A stretch of 64,000 nt of DNA from a virus. Positions 18,340-28,574 of the stretch are shown here, one piece after another (position 1 is the stretch's first letter; every line of letters begins with the position of its first letter). A model generated the notes under the pieces. The model saw nothing but the letters and a program-made list of their open reading frames with translations. It had not been told where the DNA came from and did no database searches. The stretch is from IMG/VR virus record IMGVR_UViG_3300009126_000404, positions 1-64,000 of that record, one strand, 5' to 3'. The translations under genes and the position numbers were made by a program.

Positions 18340-19433
18340 TGTACAATTATAAGCAAATAAACGAAGTTCATTTAGAAGTTACACAACGTTGTAATGCAAG
18401 TTGCCCTATGTGTGACCGTAATGAAAATGGTGGACCAGTTAATCAACATATCAGAGGAAATTTACAAGAATTAACACTTGATGATTGTATTGATATATTT
18501 CCAGCAGACTTTATAGCACAATTAAAAACAATGTATATGTGTGGTAACTTGGGCGACCCAATTAGTGCTAGAGATACATTAGAAATATTTCAATGGTTTA
18601 GAGATTGTAATCCTAATATGTGGTTAAGCATGAATACAAACGCAGGTGCTAGAGATGTAGAGTGGTGGGCTGATGTAGCAAAAGTAATAGGTAAAAATGG
18701 ATGTGTTATCTTTAGTGTAGATGGGCTTGAAGAAACTAATCATTTATATAGGCAAGGAGTTAAATGGGAGTACGTTGAACGTAACATGAAAGCATTTATT
18801 GCCGCTGGTGGCAGAGCTCGTTGGGACTATTTAATATTTGAACATAGTGAATGTGATGTTGAACGTGCTGAACAACTTGCTAAAGAATGGGGCGTTGAAC
18901 GTTTTATGAAAAAGAAAACAGGTCGCTTTGTTAGAGCAGACAGTACAGCTAAACAAACACACCAAGCAAAGAATCGTAAAGGTGCAGATATGCAAAAACT
19001 TGCTAAACCTAAAAAAGCAGAACATCAAAACCTTGCACTATTAAAACAAGAAGAGATTGAAAAAACGTATGGTAGTATGATGGACTATTATAATCAAGCA
19101 ACAATAACATGTAAAGTAGCAAAGAAAGACCTTAAAAGTATTTTTATAACAGCAGAAGGATTAGTTATGCCTTGTTGTTGGACAGCAGGTCGTATGTATA
19201 AATGGTGGCACACTGATCCTAAAGTGGAACAGATATGGGACTTTATAGACAGAGTAGGAGGCAAGAATGGAATTAGTGCTAAGATAAATACCATAAAGGG
19301 TGTCTTTGAAAGTGGCATTATGAAAGATATACAACGTAGCTGGACATTAAACAGCATTAAAGAAGGTAAATTGGGAGTTTGTGCTATGAAATGTGGCACT
19401 GAATTTGATCCATATGGGGAGCAGTTTAAATGA
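18339..19433 (+). CDS. radical SAM protein with C-terminal SPASM/twitch-type domain
   Basis: CNASCPMC, CGNLGDP, MNTNAG, FSVDGLE; C-terminal TCKV...VMPCCW...CAMKC. Confidence 0.9.
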   Translation: MYNYKQINEVHLEVTQRCNASCPMCDRNENGGPVNQHIRGNLQELTLDDCIDIFPADFIAQLKTMYMCGNLGDPISARDTLEIFQWFRDCNPNMWLSMNTNAGARDVEWWADVAKVIGKNGCVIFSVDGLEETNHLYRQGVKWEYVERNMKAFIAAGGRARWDYLIFEHSECDVERAEQLAKEWGVERFMKKKTGRFVRADSTAKQTHQAKNRKGADMQKLAKPKKAEHQNLALLKQEEIEKTYGSMMDYYNQATITCKVAKKDLKSIFITAEGLVMPCCWTAGRMYKWWHTDPKVEQIWDFIDRVGGKNGISAKINTIKGVFESGIMKDIQRSWTLNSIKEGKLGVCAMKCGTEFDPYGEQFK

Positions 19434-20689
19434 CAATGAGTTTAGATGACTTACCAACAAAAAGTTTTTGTATATTACCTTGGGTAAGTGCCAATATTGG
19501 CTCTGAAGGTGATGTAGTTCCTTGTTGCTTATGGCATGGTAAGAGTGCAAGATTTGCCAAAGAACATAATGTGAAACGAGCAATGGTTAGCGATGGATTA
19601 ACAAATGCTAGAAACAGTGAATATTTTCAAAAAATCAGACAAATGATGCTCGAAGGTAAAAGACCAAGCGGTTGTAATGTATGTTATAAAAATGAAGATA
19701 GCAAATTCCACAAAAATCACAAAGAGGCATACGGAAAAGAACATCTTAGAACTATACATCATAAAAGATTCGCACCTTGGTATAGATTTCATACGTATAA
19801 AAACGAACCAATGGCTATGAAATGGTTGGAGACGGGATTAAGCAACCTATGTAATATGGCATGTGTAATGTGTAACGGCGGCTCTAGTAGCATAATATAT
19901 AGTGCATTTAATCCTGGAAAAAGTATTCCTAAAGGATTTATTCAATCAATAGATAGTATAGATGAAGACTTAGAAGGATTAAAGTTACTAACACTCTTAG
20001 GTGGCGAGCCTATGATAGAAAAGAAACATGATACGTTCTTAGAAACGATTATAGAACAAAATAAAAACCCCAATACTTTAGAAATAGACTACCACACAAA
20101 TGGAAGTATACTTCCTAGTCAACGTGTAATTGAGCAATGGAAGAAAGTAAAACAAGTTAGAATTGTTTTCAGTATGGATAGTGTTGGCAAACATGTAAAA
20201 ATACAACGCCCTGGTAACTATGAATGGCAAGATATAGAAGATACTGTAGACAAGTACGTACAATTAGCAGAAAGTAATGCTAATATTATATTTTCAGTTA
20301 ATGTATTACTTACAGCATTAAACATAGGGTGCATAACAGAAACATGTGATTATCTTTATAGCAAATTAAAGAATTCAAAAACTGGCTGGATGCACACAAA
20401 TAGAATTGCACCCGGAATGGAATGGCATAGATATATTGATTATAGAAACTTGGGTAAAAAAACTAAACAAAGAATTAAAGACAAATGGAAAAAATGGGAA
20501 GATAGTAATCCGCCAGTTTTAGCTGACAAAGATCATGCAATATCTAGACTGTATCAAATAGCAAAAGTATCTATAAACGAAGAGGGAGACATGGATGAAC
20601 CACTTACAAAAGAACTTATGCTAAAAAAACATCCTCAGGCTAAATTATGGAAATTATATAAACAAGACTTAAAGGAATTAGATATATGA
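19430..20689 (+). CDS. radical SAM protein with N-terminal twitch-type domain
   Basis: N-terminal FCILPW...PCC...CNVC; CNMACVMC; LGGEP; YHTNGS. Confidence 0.88.
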   Translation: MTMSLDDLPTKSFCILPWVSANIGSEGDVVPCCLWHGKSARFAKEHNVKRAMVSDGLTNARNSEYFQKIRQMMLEGKRPSGCNVCYKNEDSKFHKNHKEAYGKEHLRTIHHKRFAPWYRFHTYKNEPMAMKWLETGLSNLCNMACVMCNGGSSSIIYSAFNPGKSIPKGFIQSIDSIDEDLEGLKLLTLLGGEPMIEKKHDTFLETIIEQNKNPNTLEIDYHTNGSILPSQRVIEQWKKVKQVRIVFSMDSVGKHVKIQRPGNYEWQDIEDTVDKYVQLAESNANIIFSVNVLLTALNIGCITETCDYLYSKLKNSKTGWMHTNRIAPGMEWHRYIDYRNLGKKTKQRIKDKWKKWEDSNPPVLADKDHAISRLYQIAKVSINEEGDMDEPLTKELMLKKHPQAKLWKLYKQDLKELDI

Positions 20690-21009
20690 TTGAGCTGTTT
20701 CTTAGTGCAATTCCAAATGTACTTTCTGCTATGTTTGTTGGAAGTATAGCAGGCGGACTAGTACAGGTATGTGAAAATGATATACCTAAACTTAAGAATC
20801 TTAAACCCAAACTATCAAAAGTTATGATTGAAAGAGAAGTATCAGAAGACATTCGAACTGCTTTTTGGGATTCATATGATAATATCTATAATGGACCTAA
20901 ACTTCCATCAGCCTGCGAGGAGGCTTTACAAGCAGTAGGTACATCAAAACAAGAAGTTATAGATGAAATTAGTCCAGAAAAAAGCACACATGAACAAAGA
21001 TTTAGATAA
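20686..21009 (+). CDS. hypothetical protein with hydrophobic N-terminus
   Basis: 107-aa ORF between radical SAM genes, ATGA-coupled. Confidence 0.55.
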   Translation: MIELFLSAIPNVLSAMFVGSIAGGLVQVCENDIPKLKNLKPKLSKVMIEREVSEDIRTAFWDSYDNIYNGPKLPSACEEALQAVGTSKQEVIDEISPEKSTHEQRFR

Positions 21010-22180
21010 TAAAAAACCAGCTTGTTATGTTCCATGGGTTACTCGATATGACTGGGGAAATGGAGATATAACTCCTTGCTGTGAGTTTGATCCTAATACG
21101 AAAATCAAAACAACAGAAAATATGTCATTAGAGGATAGCTTTAATCATCCCAAAATGAAAGCATTAAGAACACAATTATTAACTTGTGATAAAAATGATA
21201 TTGATGCCCTCCCGACTGGTTGCAACCAATGTAAAGTATTTGAAAAAGCAGGAATGAAGGACTCAATGAGGCTAGCCGTTACTGATGTAGTCGAAAGAGC
21301 TGAACAAAACTCATCATATAAATTTAACCCTGATGAATTTAAGTTGCTATGGTTAGATTATAGAGAGAGTAACCTTTGTAACTTTAGTTGCAAAATGTGT
21401 GGTGAGGATTTGAGCAGTACACACGCAAAGATACAAGGAAAATATGGCAAGACAGGTATAATAAAAAGTCCTCATAAATTACAAATGTACTTAGATAGAT
21501 TAGATGAAGTGAAATATGTTCAATTCTTAGGTGGTGAACCAGTATTAACTGATTCAATGTATATTATTCTAAAAGAAATAAAAAAGCGTAACCTACAGCA
21601 TCAGATTTGCATGAATATTACAACCAATGGTAGTTTACTGCATAAAGATAACGATAGTTTATTAGAATTATGTAAAGGATTTGATGCTGTACAAATTGCA
21701 ATAAGCATTGATTGTATGGGAGATCAACATAATTATTGGAGGCACAAAGGTACATGGAATATAGTATGGAAAAACACACGTGAAATAGAAAAATGGGTAC
21801 ACTCTCAAGACGGTGCAAATATGAAAATAAGAACTGCTATTGGTTGGCCAAATGCATATGCTGCCAGAAAGACATTTGATATATTTGCTGATAAGTTAGG
21901 CAATGGCAAAGTAATTCATGTATGGAATTTAGTTAATATTCCAAGAGGATTAAGTCTTACACAATTGCCTCAAGACAGATTAGATGATTTATCCGTTTGG
22001 TGGAAGGATTATCCAGATGTAGCAAAAATGTTTAAAAATACTATATCTAACCCTAATATAAGAGAATTAATGTGGGTAAAAAAAGATATATTTAAGAAAC
22101 ATGATGCATGGCATGGAAACAGTTTTGTAAAGGCCTTTCCTGAATTTGAAGATTTTTATAACAATATAGAAGATATGTAA
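20990..22180 (+). CDS. radical SAM protein with N-terminal twitch-type domain
   Basis: ACYVPW...PCC...CNQC; CNFSCKMC; LGGEP; ITTNGS. ATG 20990 chosen by alignment with the next paralog (ORF track starts at 20963). Confidence 0.88.
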   Translation: MNKDLDNKKPACYVPWVTRYDWGNGDITPCCEFDPNTKIKTTENMSLEDSFNHPKMKALRTQLLTCDKNDIDALPTGCNQCKVFEKAGMKDSMRLAVTDVVERAEQNSSYKFNPDEFKLLWLDYRESNLCNFSCKMCGEDLSSTHAKIQGKYGKTGIIKSPHKLQMYLDRLDEVKYVQFLGGEPVLTDSMYIILKEIKKRNLQHQICMNITTNGSLLHKDNDSLLELCKGFDAVQIAISIDCMGDQHNYWRHKGTWNIVWKNTREIEKWVHSQDGANMKIRTAIGWPNAYAARKTFDIFADKLGNGKVIHVWNLVNIPRGLSLTQLPQDRLDDLSVWWKDYPDVAKMFKNTISNPNIRELMWVKKDIFKKHDAWHGNSFVKAFPEFEDFYNNIEDM

Positions 22181-23343
22181 TGAATAATAAAAGACCAGCT
22201 TGTTATGCTCCATGGGTTACCACATATGAATGGTCTAATGGAGATATAACTCCTTGTTGTGAATGGGATAGAGGAGAAGATGTTGACCACATCATGCATT
22301 CAAAAAAGCATCTATCATTTGAAGATAGATTTAATCATTCTAACTCACAAGCACTGCGAAAGAAAATGATGGAAGGACCTATTACAAATATACCTGGGTG
22401 TACCCATTGTGTTAATAATGAAAGATTAGGAGCATTCTCACATAGGCAATATCTTGATAAGTTAGTAGAAGATAGACAACCAATAGATCTAAATAAATTT
22501 ATGTTAGTACATATGGATTATAGAGAAAGTAATCTGTGTAATTTTAGTTGTAAAATGTGTGGACACGATTTAAGTAGCACACATGCTGTAATAAGAAATT
22601 GGATTGATGGTGATAACAAACAATTTCCAAAAGATGGAGTAAGAAAAAATCAACATCATTTACAAATGTATTTAGATAGATTAGATGAAGTTAAAATAAT
22701 ACATTTCTTAGGTGGCGAGCCTATGTTAATGGACTCAATGTATATCATTTTAGAAGAAATAAAAAAACGCGATATAGGAAAAAATATAAATGTACGTATT
22801 ACAACTAACGGTAGTTTATTACATAGAGAAAAAGATAATCTATTTGAATATTTAGAAGGAATAAAGTACAAAGCATTTTTTATAAGTATAGAGGCTATAG
22901 GCGATCAACATAACTATTGGCGACATAAAGGCACATGGAATATTGTATGGAAAAATACTCTTGAGATAAACAAATATGTAAAAGAGAATAAACGTAATAC
23001 AGGAATAGGAATTAGAACTGTATTATCATGGCCAACTGCATATGCGGCAAAAAAAGCATTTGATTTAATGAAAGACAATGGTATAGATCACGGTTATACC
23101 TTTATCATGGATCCAAAAGGATTAAGAATATCACAGTTACCACAGCATCACCTTGATGCTTTAGTTGAACATTGGAAAGAATATCCAGAAATACAGGATG
23201 CATTCTTAAATACTAAATCAAGAATTAATTGGGCAGAACTTAGCGAACAAAAAAAGACAATGATGCAACATGATGCATGGCATAAAAATAGTTTCGTAGA
23301 TGCATTTCCTGAATTTGAAGAGTTTTATAACAAGATCCCTTAA
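22180..23343 (+). CDS. radical SAM protein with N-terminal twitch-type domain (tandem paralog)
   Basis: ACYAPW...PCC...CTHC; DYRESNLCNFSCKMC; shares GDQHNYWRHKGTWNIVWKNT with the previous gene. Confidence 0.88.
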   Translation: MNNKRPACYAPWVTTYEWSNGDITPCCEWDRGEDVDHIMHSKKHLSFEDRFNHSNSQALRKKMMEGPITNIPGCTHCVNNERLGAFSHRQYLDKLVEDRQPIDLNKFMLVHMDYRESNLCNFSCKMCGHDLSSTHAVIRNWIDGDNKQFPKDGVRKNQHHLQMYLDRLDEVKIIHFLGGEPMLMDSMYIILEEIKKRDIGKNINVRITTNGSLLHREKDNLFEYLEGIKYKAFFISIEAIGDQHNYWRHKGTWNIVWKNTLEINKYVKENKRNTGIGIRTVLSWPTAYAAKKAFDLMKDNGIDHGYTFIMDPKGLRISQLPQHHLDALVEHWKEYPEIQDAFLNTKSRINWAELSEQKKTMMQHDAWHKNSFVDAFPEFEEFYNKIP

Positions 23344-23362
23344 ATATAAGCACTTATATAGG

Positions 23363-23391
23363 TTGACTTAACCTAATTTCCTTGCTATAAT
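23363..23391 (+). promoter_or_regulatory. sigma70-type promoter
   Basis: TTGACT (23363-23368), 17 bp, TATAAT (23386-23391). Confidence 0.75.
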
Positions 23392-23437
23392 AACTAATAA
23401 AACAACAATTAACCAATCAATCGGAGAAAATCCCACA

Positions 23438-23938
23438 ATGATTGACATGAACTTAAACGGCGAGCAATTTGCTAAAGACTATTTTAAATGGTCAGCATAT
23501 TATAACTATATGCTAGTATCATTCTATGTAACTAGAATATCAAAGCAATGTGCAAGGTTTGACAAACCATTTCCATGGAATGTAAACTTTTATTCATTAC
23601 ATACTGACAAATATGTATTAACCAATGAATCAAATAGAGCTACAATGGGAAGAAATTTTGATGATACTCATTTTGTGCAAGATACATATTATAATATAGC
23701 CAGATACATATACAATCATCCCAACGAGGATAAACAATCAATCAAACAATATCTATTAGACGAAGGGCGATGCATACCCAAAGCATTCGCTATGCAATAC
23801 ATTATTGGTGCAATAGAAACATCTGACCTAGAAGCATTTAAACTATGCTTAAATAAATTAAGAATAATAAAATGGGATGAGGCTATGACAAATGGTGTAT
23901 CTAAATGGGACGTAAGTTGGGATGGATTAAACTTATAA
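23438..23938 (+). CDS. hypothetical protein
   Basis: 166-aa ORF with GGAG RBS after a promoter. Confidence 0.7.
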   Translation: MIDMNLNGEQFAKDYFKWSAYYNYMLVSFYVTRISKQCARFDKPFPWNVNFYSLHTDKYVLTNESNRATMGRNFDDTHFVQDTYYNIARYIYNHPNEDKQSIKQYLLDEGRCIPKAFAMQYIIGAIETSDLEAFKLCLNKLRIIKWDEAMTNGVSKWDVSWDGLNL

Positions 23939-24477
23939 TGACAACACACGCAATGATAGATTTAGAAACACTAGGCACTACACCAGATTGTGCAGTACTA
24001 ACAATTGGTGGTGTTAAGTTTGATCCTAATCTTATTCATAAACCAACACAAGAATTTTATTATAGATTTGAAGTAAATGAACAATTAGATAAAGGTAGGA
24101 CTACTTTAGAAAGTACACTTGAGTGGTGGGGTAAACAAGATGAAGCAGTGCGTGAAGAAGCCCTAGGTGACGGGAATCGTACACCTGTAATAGAAGTACT
24201 TCAAGCATTAAACAAGTGGTGCGTAGGAGTTGATGCTTTTTGGTGTCAAGGTCCTGCATTTGATATATGTATATTGGAAAATTTATATAGACAATATGAT
24301 CATCATATACCTTGGGCTTTTTGGAAAATTAAAGATAGTAGAACACTGTTTAGTATTATGCCAAAAGACCCACGTAAAGAAATAAACTTTTCGGCACACA
24401 ATGCATTAGAAGATTGTAAAGTACAAGCAATGTGTGTACAGCAAACAATAAAAGAATTAGGTTTAACCATAAGGTAG
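23938..24477 (+). CDS. DEDDh 3'-5' exonuclease (RNase T/DUF5051-like)
   Basis: AMIDLETLG, QGPAFD, HNALED; ATG 23938 overlaps the previous TAA. Confidence 0.85.
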   Translation: MTTHAMIDLETLGTTPDCAVLTIGGVKFDPNLIHKPTQEFYYRFEVNEQLDKGRTTLESTLEWWGKQDEAVREEALGDGNRTPVIEVLQALNKWCVGVDAFWCQGPAFDICILENLYRQYDHHIPWAFWKIKDSRTLFSIMPKDPRKEINFSAHNALEDCKVQAMCVQQTIKELGLTIR

Positions 24478-24529
24478 ACTTGAGAAGTATTAGAAACATC
24501 AATTTTAAACTCATAAATCAATGTTTTTG

Positions 24530-24558
24530 TTGACATTTTCTAAATACTATTATACAAT
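24530..24558 (+). promoter_or_regulatory. sigma70-type promoter with a nested TAAATA box
   Basis: TTGACA (24530-24535), 17 bp, TACAAT (24553-24558); TAAATA at 24541-24546. Confidence 0.7.
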
Positions 24559-24585
24559 AAAGTAACTAAACACAGGAGAAAGTAT

Positions 24586-25338
24586 ATGAGTACAAGAGAT
24601 ATAGTGCAAGACATTGTCAAGCACACAGCCGGCCTAGGCTTTATTACATCAGTAAAAGTAACAGGTACAGACGAAAGCACGACACTAGATGCAATGGATG
24701 CAGATCGTACAGTGATTTTACAGGCTAAACTACACAACACAGTAGACGAGTTCAAAGGTGAATTTGGACTTGGTAACCTTGGATTTTTAGCAGGTGTTAC
24801 AGCATTACCAAACTATCAAACAGATGATTCAACAGTAGAAGTTGTATCACGTGAACGTAATGGAGTTGCAAGTCCAGATCATTTGATGTTCAGAGATGTT
24901 GAAGGTAACACAGACCAATATCGTTTTATGAGCAAAGAAATTATTGAACAAACTTTACAAACAGTTAAGTTCAAAGGTGTTGAATGGGATGTAACACTTG
25001 AGCCAACTAAAGCAAAAGTAAATGAATTACAAGCAGTAGCAGGAATATATGGTGGTATTGAACCAAACTTTACAGTTAAAACTGATAAAGATGCAAACCT
25101 TATTATTACTGTTGGTGCCGCTGATGGTAGTTTTACAGGTAAACGTACATTTGCACAAAATGTAAATGGTGAAATCACAGAAGGTTATGCATGGCCATTA
25201 AACCAAGTACTAGCAATTTTAAGACTTGGAATGAGTGGAACGTGTGTAATGCAAATTAGTAAGAAAGGTGCATTGTTAATTTCAGTTGATTCTGGCATTG
25301 GCAAGTATGATTATATTTTACCAGCACTAACAGTATAG
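24586..25338 (+). CDS. DNA polymerase sliding clamp (gp45-like)
   Basis: 250 aa; DAMDADRTVIL, C-terminal GKYDYILPA; size and pattern fit phage processivity clamps (recall). Confidence 0.65.
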   Translation: MSTRDIVQDIVKHTAGLGFITSVKVTGTDESTTLDAMDADRTVILQAKLHNTVDEFKGEFGLGNLGFLAGVTALPNYQTDDSTVEVVSRERNGVASPDHLMFRDVEGNTDQYRFMSKEIIEQTLQTVKFKGVEWDVTLEPTKAKVNELQAVAGIYGGIEPNFTVKTDKDANLIITVGAADGSFTGKRTFAQNVNGEITEGYAWPLNQVLAILRLGMSGTCVMQISKKGALLISVDSGIGKYDYILPALTV

Positions 25339-25350
25339 GATAAAGACGAC

Positions 25351-26844
25351 GTGGCAGACATAAAAAACTTAACAGAAAGCAATAAAGACTACAGTGTATT
25401 CTTACCGAGTATCAGTAGTTTTTATTCAAAGTTTATAGCCCAAGCACAAAAGCGTCCAGACTTTGTTAAGCCTGAACGTATGCCTAAAGGATTTGAATTT
25501 GGGATAGATGGCTTTGACTTTTTAAAACCAAAAAATAGTTACTATCATTACAAATGGGGATTATACTCTGCAGGTCATGCTACTCGCGATACAGCGAAAA
25601 GTGATGTGCAAGAGCCAATGATCCAAAAACGTGATAGAGAAACTAGTTTTATTCTCGGCGACAGTGGCGGATATCAAATTGCTACTGGTGTAATTCAGTG
25701 TGATTGGGAAAACTTTAAAACAAATGATGATCTACGTAAAACAATGCTTAACTGGTTAGAACATACGTGTGATTATAGTATGATACTAGATGTACCAACA
25801 CTTGCCGCGGCTCCACCGTTGAATGCAAAGACAGGATTAAGAGATTGGATAGATTGCTTAGATTATACAATTCATAATAATGATTACTTTGTAAGACACA
25901 GAACAGGTAATACAAAGTTTTTAAATGTATTACAAGGAAACAACGAACAACAAGCAGACGATTGGTATAATGCAGTTAAGAACTATCAGTTTGAAGGATG
26001 GGCAATGGCTGGTTATAATATGAAGCAGTTACATCTTGCATTGCGTAGGCTTATTGTATTAAGAGATGAGAAGATGCTTGACCCAGGTAGAGATTTAATT
26101 CACTATCTAGGAACAAGTAAATTAAATTGGGCGTGTATTTTTACAGCCATACAACGTAATATTAGAGAAACTATTAATCCAAATATGATGGTATCATATG
26201 ATGCGGCTAGTCCTTTTCTTACAACAGCCAAAGGACAAGCATACAGTCAGCATGTACATAGAAACGATAAGTTTAGTAATGTTATGGAACAAGCAGTAGA
26301 TGATAAACGTTTACAATATAGTAATATACCTTTTCCATTTAATAGTCCTATTGGGCAACGTATGACAATGGGAGACATTTGTTATATGGGACCAGGTATG
26401 CTTAATAAAATTGGCAAGGAAGGCAAGACTAGTTGGGATAGTTTCTCATACTTCTTGCTAATGGCACATAACGTTTATCAACATATTGAAAGTGTACAAC
26501 GTGCTAATGCATTATCTGATATTGCATGTACAAGATATAAGCCAAACCATTTAGAATGGAGTAAAGTAAAAGCGAAACAACAAGAATTTGACTTATGGGT
26601 TCCACGTGATGTAATTTATGTTACAGAATTCATTAACAAATTATTTAAGAGCGAAACGCCTATGCAATTGCTTAACGAAGGTGAAGCAATGCTAACAAAC
26701 TTTAGTGGAATGAAATCCATCAAAACATCACAAGGTGCATTTGATAGTTTGTTTGATTCGGGCGATAACATTCAAGAGGAATCCGACGGTGAGTACACGG
26801 CGGAACAAGTAGAAGCGGCGGAGGATTTCTTAGAACACCTATAA
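25351..26844 (+). CDS. tRNA-guanine transglycosylase-fold protein, probable DpdA-type DNA 7-deazaguanine transglycosylase
   Basis: TGT motifs in order: GDSGGYQ, MILDVP, VLQGN, GWAMAG, HYLGTS, SYDAASP, MAHNVY. Confidence 0.75.
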   Translation: MADIKNLTESNKDYSVFLPSISSFYSKFIAQAQKRPDFVKPERMPKGFEFGIDGFDFLKPKNSYYHYKWGLYSAGHATRDTAKSDVQEPMIQKRDRETSFILGDSGGYQIATGVIQCDWENFKTNDDLRKTMLNWLEHTCDYSMILDVPTLAAAPPLNAKTGLRDWIDCLDYTIHNNDYFVRHRTGNTKFLNVLQGNNEQQADDWYNAVKNYQFEGWAMAGYNMKQLHLALRRLIVLRDEKMLDPGRDLIHYLGTSKLNWACIFTAIQRNIRETINPNMMVSYDAASPFLTTAKGQAYSQHVHRNDKFSNVMEQAVDDKRLQYSNIPFPFNSPIGQRMTMGDICYMGPGMLNKIGKEGKTSWDSFSYFLLMAHNVYQHIESVQRANALSDIACTRYKPNHLEWSKVKAKQQEFDLWVPRDVIYVTEFINKLFKSETPMQLLNEGEAMLTNFSGMKSIKTSQGAFDSLFDSGDNIQEESDGEYTAEQVEAAEDFLEHL

Positions 26845-26860
26845 ACAAGGAGAGATTATT

Positions 26861-27061
26861 ATGGGAAGTGGTACAGTTAACAGTAAAAAAAGACATTTAG
26901 AACATTTGATTGAGAAACATAGAAACTTAGATGAACAAATAACAGCTTTTTATAATCAAATGCATCCAGATGAGAAAATTAGGCAAATGAAATTTGATAA
27001 GTTAATGTTAAAACAAGAAATCGCAAGTTTAGAAACAGAAATAGCAGGAATGAAAGATTAG
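26861..27061 (+). CDS. DUF465/YdcH-like small coiled-coil protein
   Basis: HLEHLIEKHRNLDEQI...KFDKLMLKQEI. Confidence 0.65.
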   Translation: MGSGTVNSKKRHLEHLIEKHRNLDEQITAFYNQMHPDEKIRQMKFDKLMLKQEIASLETEIAGMKD

Positions 27062-27064
27062 ATT

Positions 27065-27607
27065 ATGAAAAGAGATATAGGTGTACAAGGAGATACAAAG
27101 TATTTTATCGGCAACGAAGTTGAAAAAACTCCTGCCTTGCATATGAAAACATTATTTGTTAATGGTATGCTTGACCCTAATGATGTTGTAGCCAATGCAA
27201 AGTATAATGGCATACATCATGTATATCTAGGAGCTAATCAAAGTTTTTGGTTAGACGACAAAGACGCTTCAGGTGTAGCGACACCAGAACAATTTAGAGG
27301 ATGGAATAATCTATTTAATAAATTAAGAGAAGAAGGTTTTTGGATTACTTTAGATTATGATCTAAAATATCATTCATGGGTATTAGAACAAGGATTTAAT
27401 AAGTATGAAAAATTTATTAGTATGATTAGTGCTAAACTACCAAACATTGATCAACTAAATGAAAATGCTAGACTTAAACTCGATGATAGAGATTTTAAAT
27501 TTAGTAACAACGGTGTATGGGTTCACCCTGTACAACAACTAAAATCACAGGAAAGTATTACAACCTGGGATGAATATAAAAATGACAAGGAGATGCAAAA
27601 TGACTAA
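27065..27607 (+). CDS. conserved phage hypothetical protein
   Basis: FIGNEVEKTPA...HVYLGANQSF...NNGVWVH; no family assigned. Confidence 0.7.
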   Translation: MKRDIGVQGDTKYFIGNEVEKTPALHMKTLFVNGMLDPNDVVANAKYNGIHHVYLGANQSFWLDDKDASGVATPEQFRGWNNLFNKLREEGFWITLDYDLKYHSWVLEQGFNKYEKFISMISAKLPNIDQLNENARLKLDDRDFKFSNNGVWVHPVQQLKSQESITTWDEYKNDKEMQND

Positions 27608-27812
27608 GAAAATACGTCTAATGGACGAAACAGGTGAAGAGATGTCTGTAGATAATAAAACAGATGAAACAGCATCAATGGATTCAGACATAGTTGTAAA
27701 GCAACTCATGAAATACCTTGAAGCAATTGATTGGAAATTATGGGAAATGCTTAAATTAATGAAGGCTGAAAAAGACCAAGAAGATGAGGAAGAAGAGAAA
27801 ACAGATGCTTAA
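27600..27812 (+). CDS. hypothetical protein
   Basis: AAGGAG RBS before ATG 27600; KYLEAIDWKLW. Confidence 0.6.
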   Translation: MTKKIRLMDETGEEMSVDNKTDETASMDSDIVVKQLMKYLEAIDWKLWEMLKLMKAEKDQEDEEEEKTDA

Positions 27813-28197
27813 CGTAACACAAAGACAAATTTGGGTAACATTTCAAAAGGAAGGTATACATTTATATCCTGCCGCAAAAGATGATCCAAAGTTGGCAACA
27901 GGTGAATGGGACGATGTTTCATTCTTAGGTGTACCACACAGGCACATCTTTCACTTTCGAGTAGCAATTGATGTATTCCATGATGATAGAGATATTGAAT
28001 TTATTCAATTCAAACGTTGGCTAGAATCATTATATGCTACAGATACATTAGAACTAAATCATCGTAGTTGTGAGATGATTGCAGAGGAATTAGCACAGGA
28101 AATACACAACAAATATCCAGGACGTTCTATAACAATTAGTGTTGCTGAGGATAATGAGAACGGAGCAACAATGACTTTTAACCCTAAACAAGGATAA
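27805..28197 (+). CDS. QueD/PTPS-like T-fold protein (second, divergent)
   Basis: EGIH, PHRHIFHFRV His cluster and SCEMIAEEL (cf. QueD TAENIA); lies in the deazaguanine cluster. Confidence 0.5.
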   Translation: MLNVTQRQIWVTFQKEGIHLYPAAKDDPKLATGEWDDVSFLGVPHRHIFHFRVAIDVFHDDRDIEFIQFKRWLESLYATDTLELNHRSCEMIAEELAQEIHNKYPGRSITISVAEDNENGATMTFNPKQG

Positions 28198-28202
28198 CGA
28201 AA

Positions 28203-28574
28203 ATGTCTGAAGAAGAAAAAAAAGATATTCCAGTAAGTAACCCAGGTTCAGGTAATTATTTTAAAAACATGGGCTATTATAATATTAATGATATTAAATA
28301 TGATTTACTTAAAATTATACAACCGTATGATGGATATATGTATAATGAAGTAGAAACTAATAAACTTATTAGTGTTTTTACATCATATTTGGGTGACCTA
28401 AAGAGAAGTTACAAAGTTTATAGTTTTGAAATTGCACCAACTGAAAAAGAAAATGCAATTACATTTGATATTCAAATCAAAATGCAAAAGGACAGAAGTC
28501 CTAAGAAACTAAAAATTCATGTTGGTAAACTTTGGTTACCAAAGAAAGAGGAAGAAGAGGAAACAAATGCGTAA
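28203..28574 (+). CDS. hypothetical protein
   Basis: 123-aa ORF coupled to neighbours. Confidence 0.65.
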   Translation: MSEEEKKDIPVSNPGSGNYFKNMGYYNINDIKYDLLKIIQPYDGYMYNEVETNKLISVFTSYLGDLKRSYKVYSFEIAPTEKENAITFDIQIKMQKDRSPKKLKIHVGKLWLPKKEEEEETNA

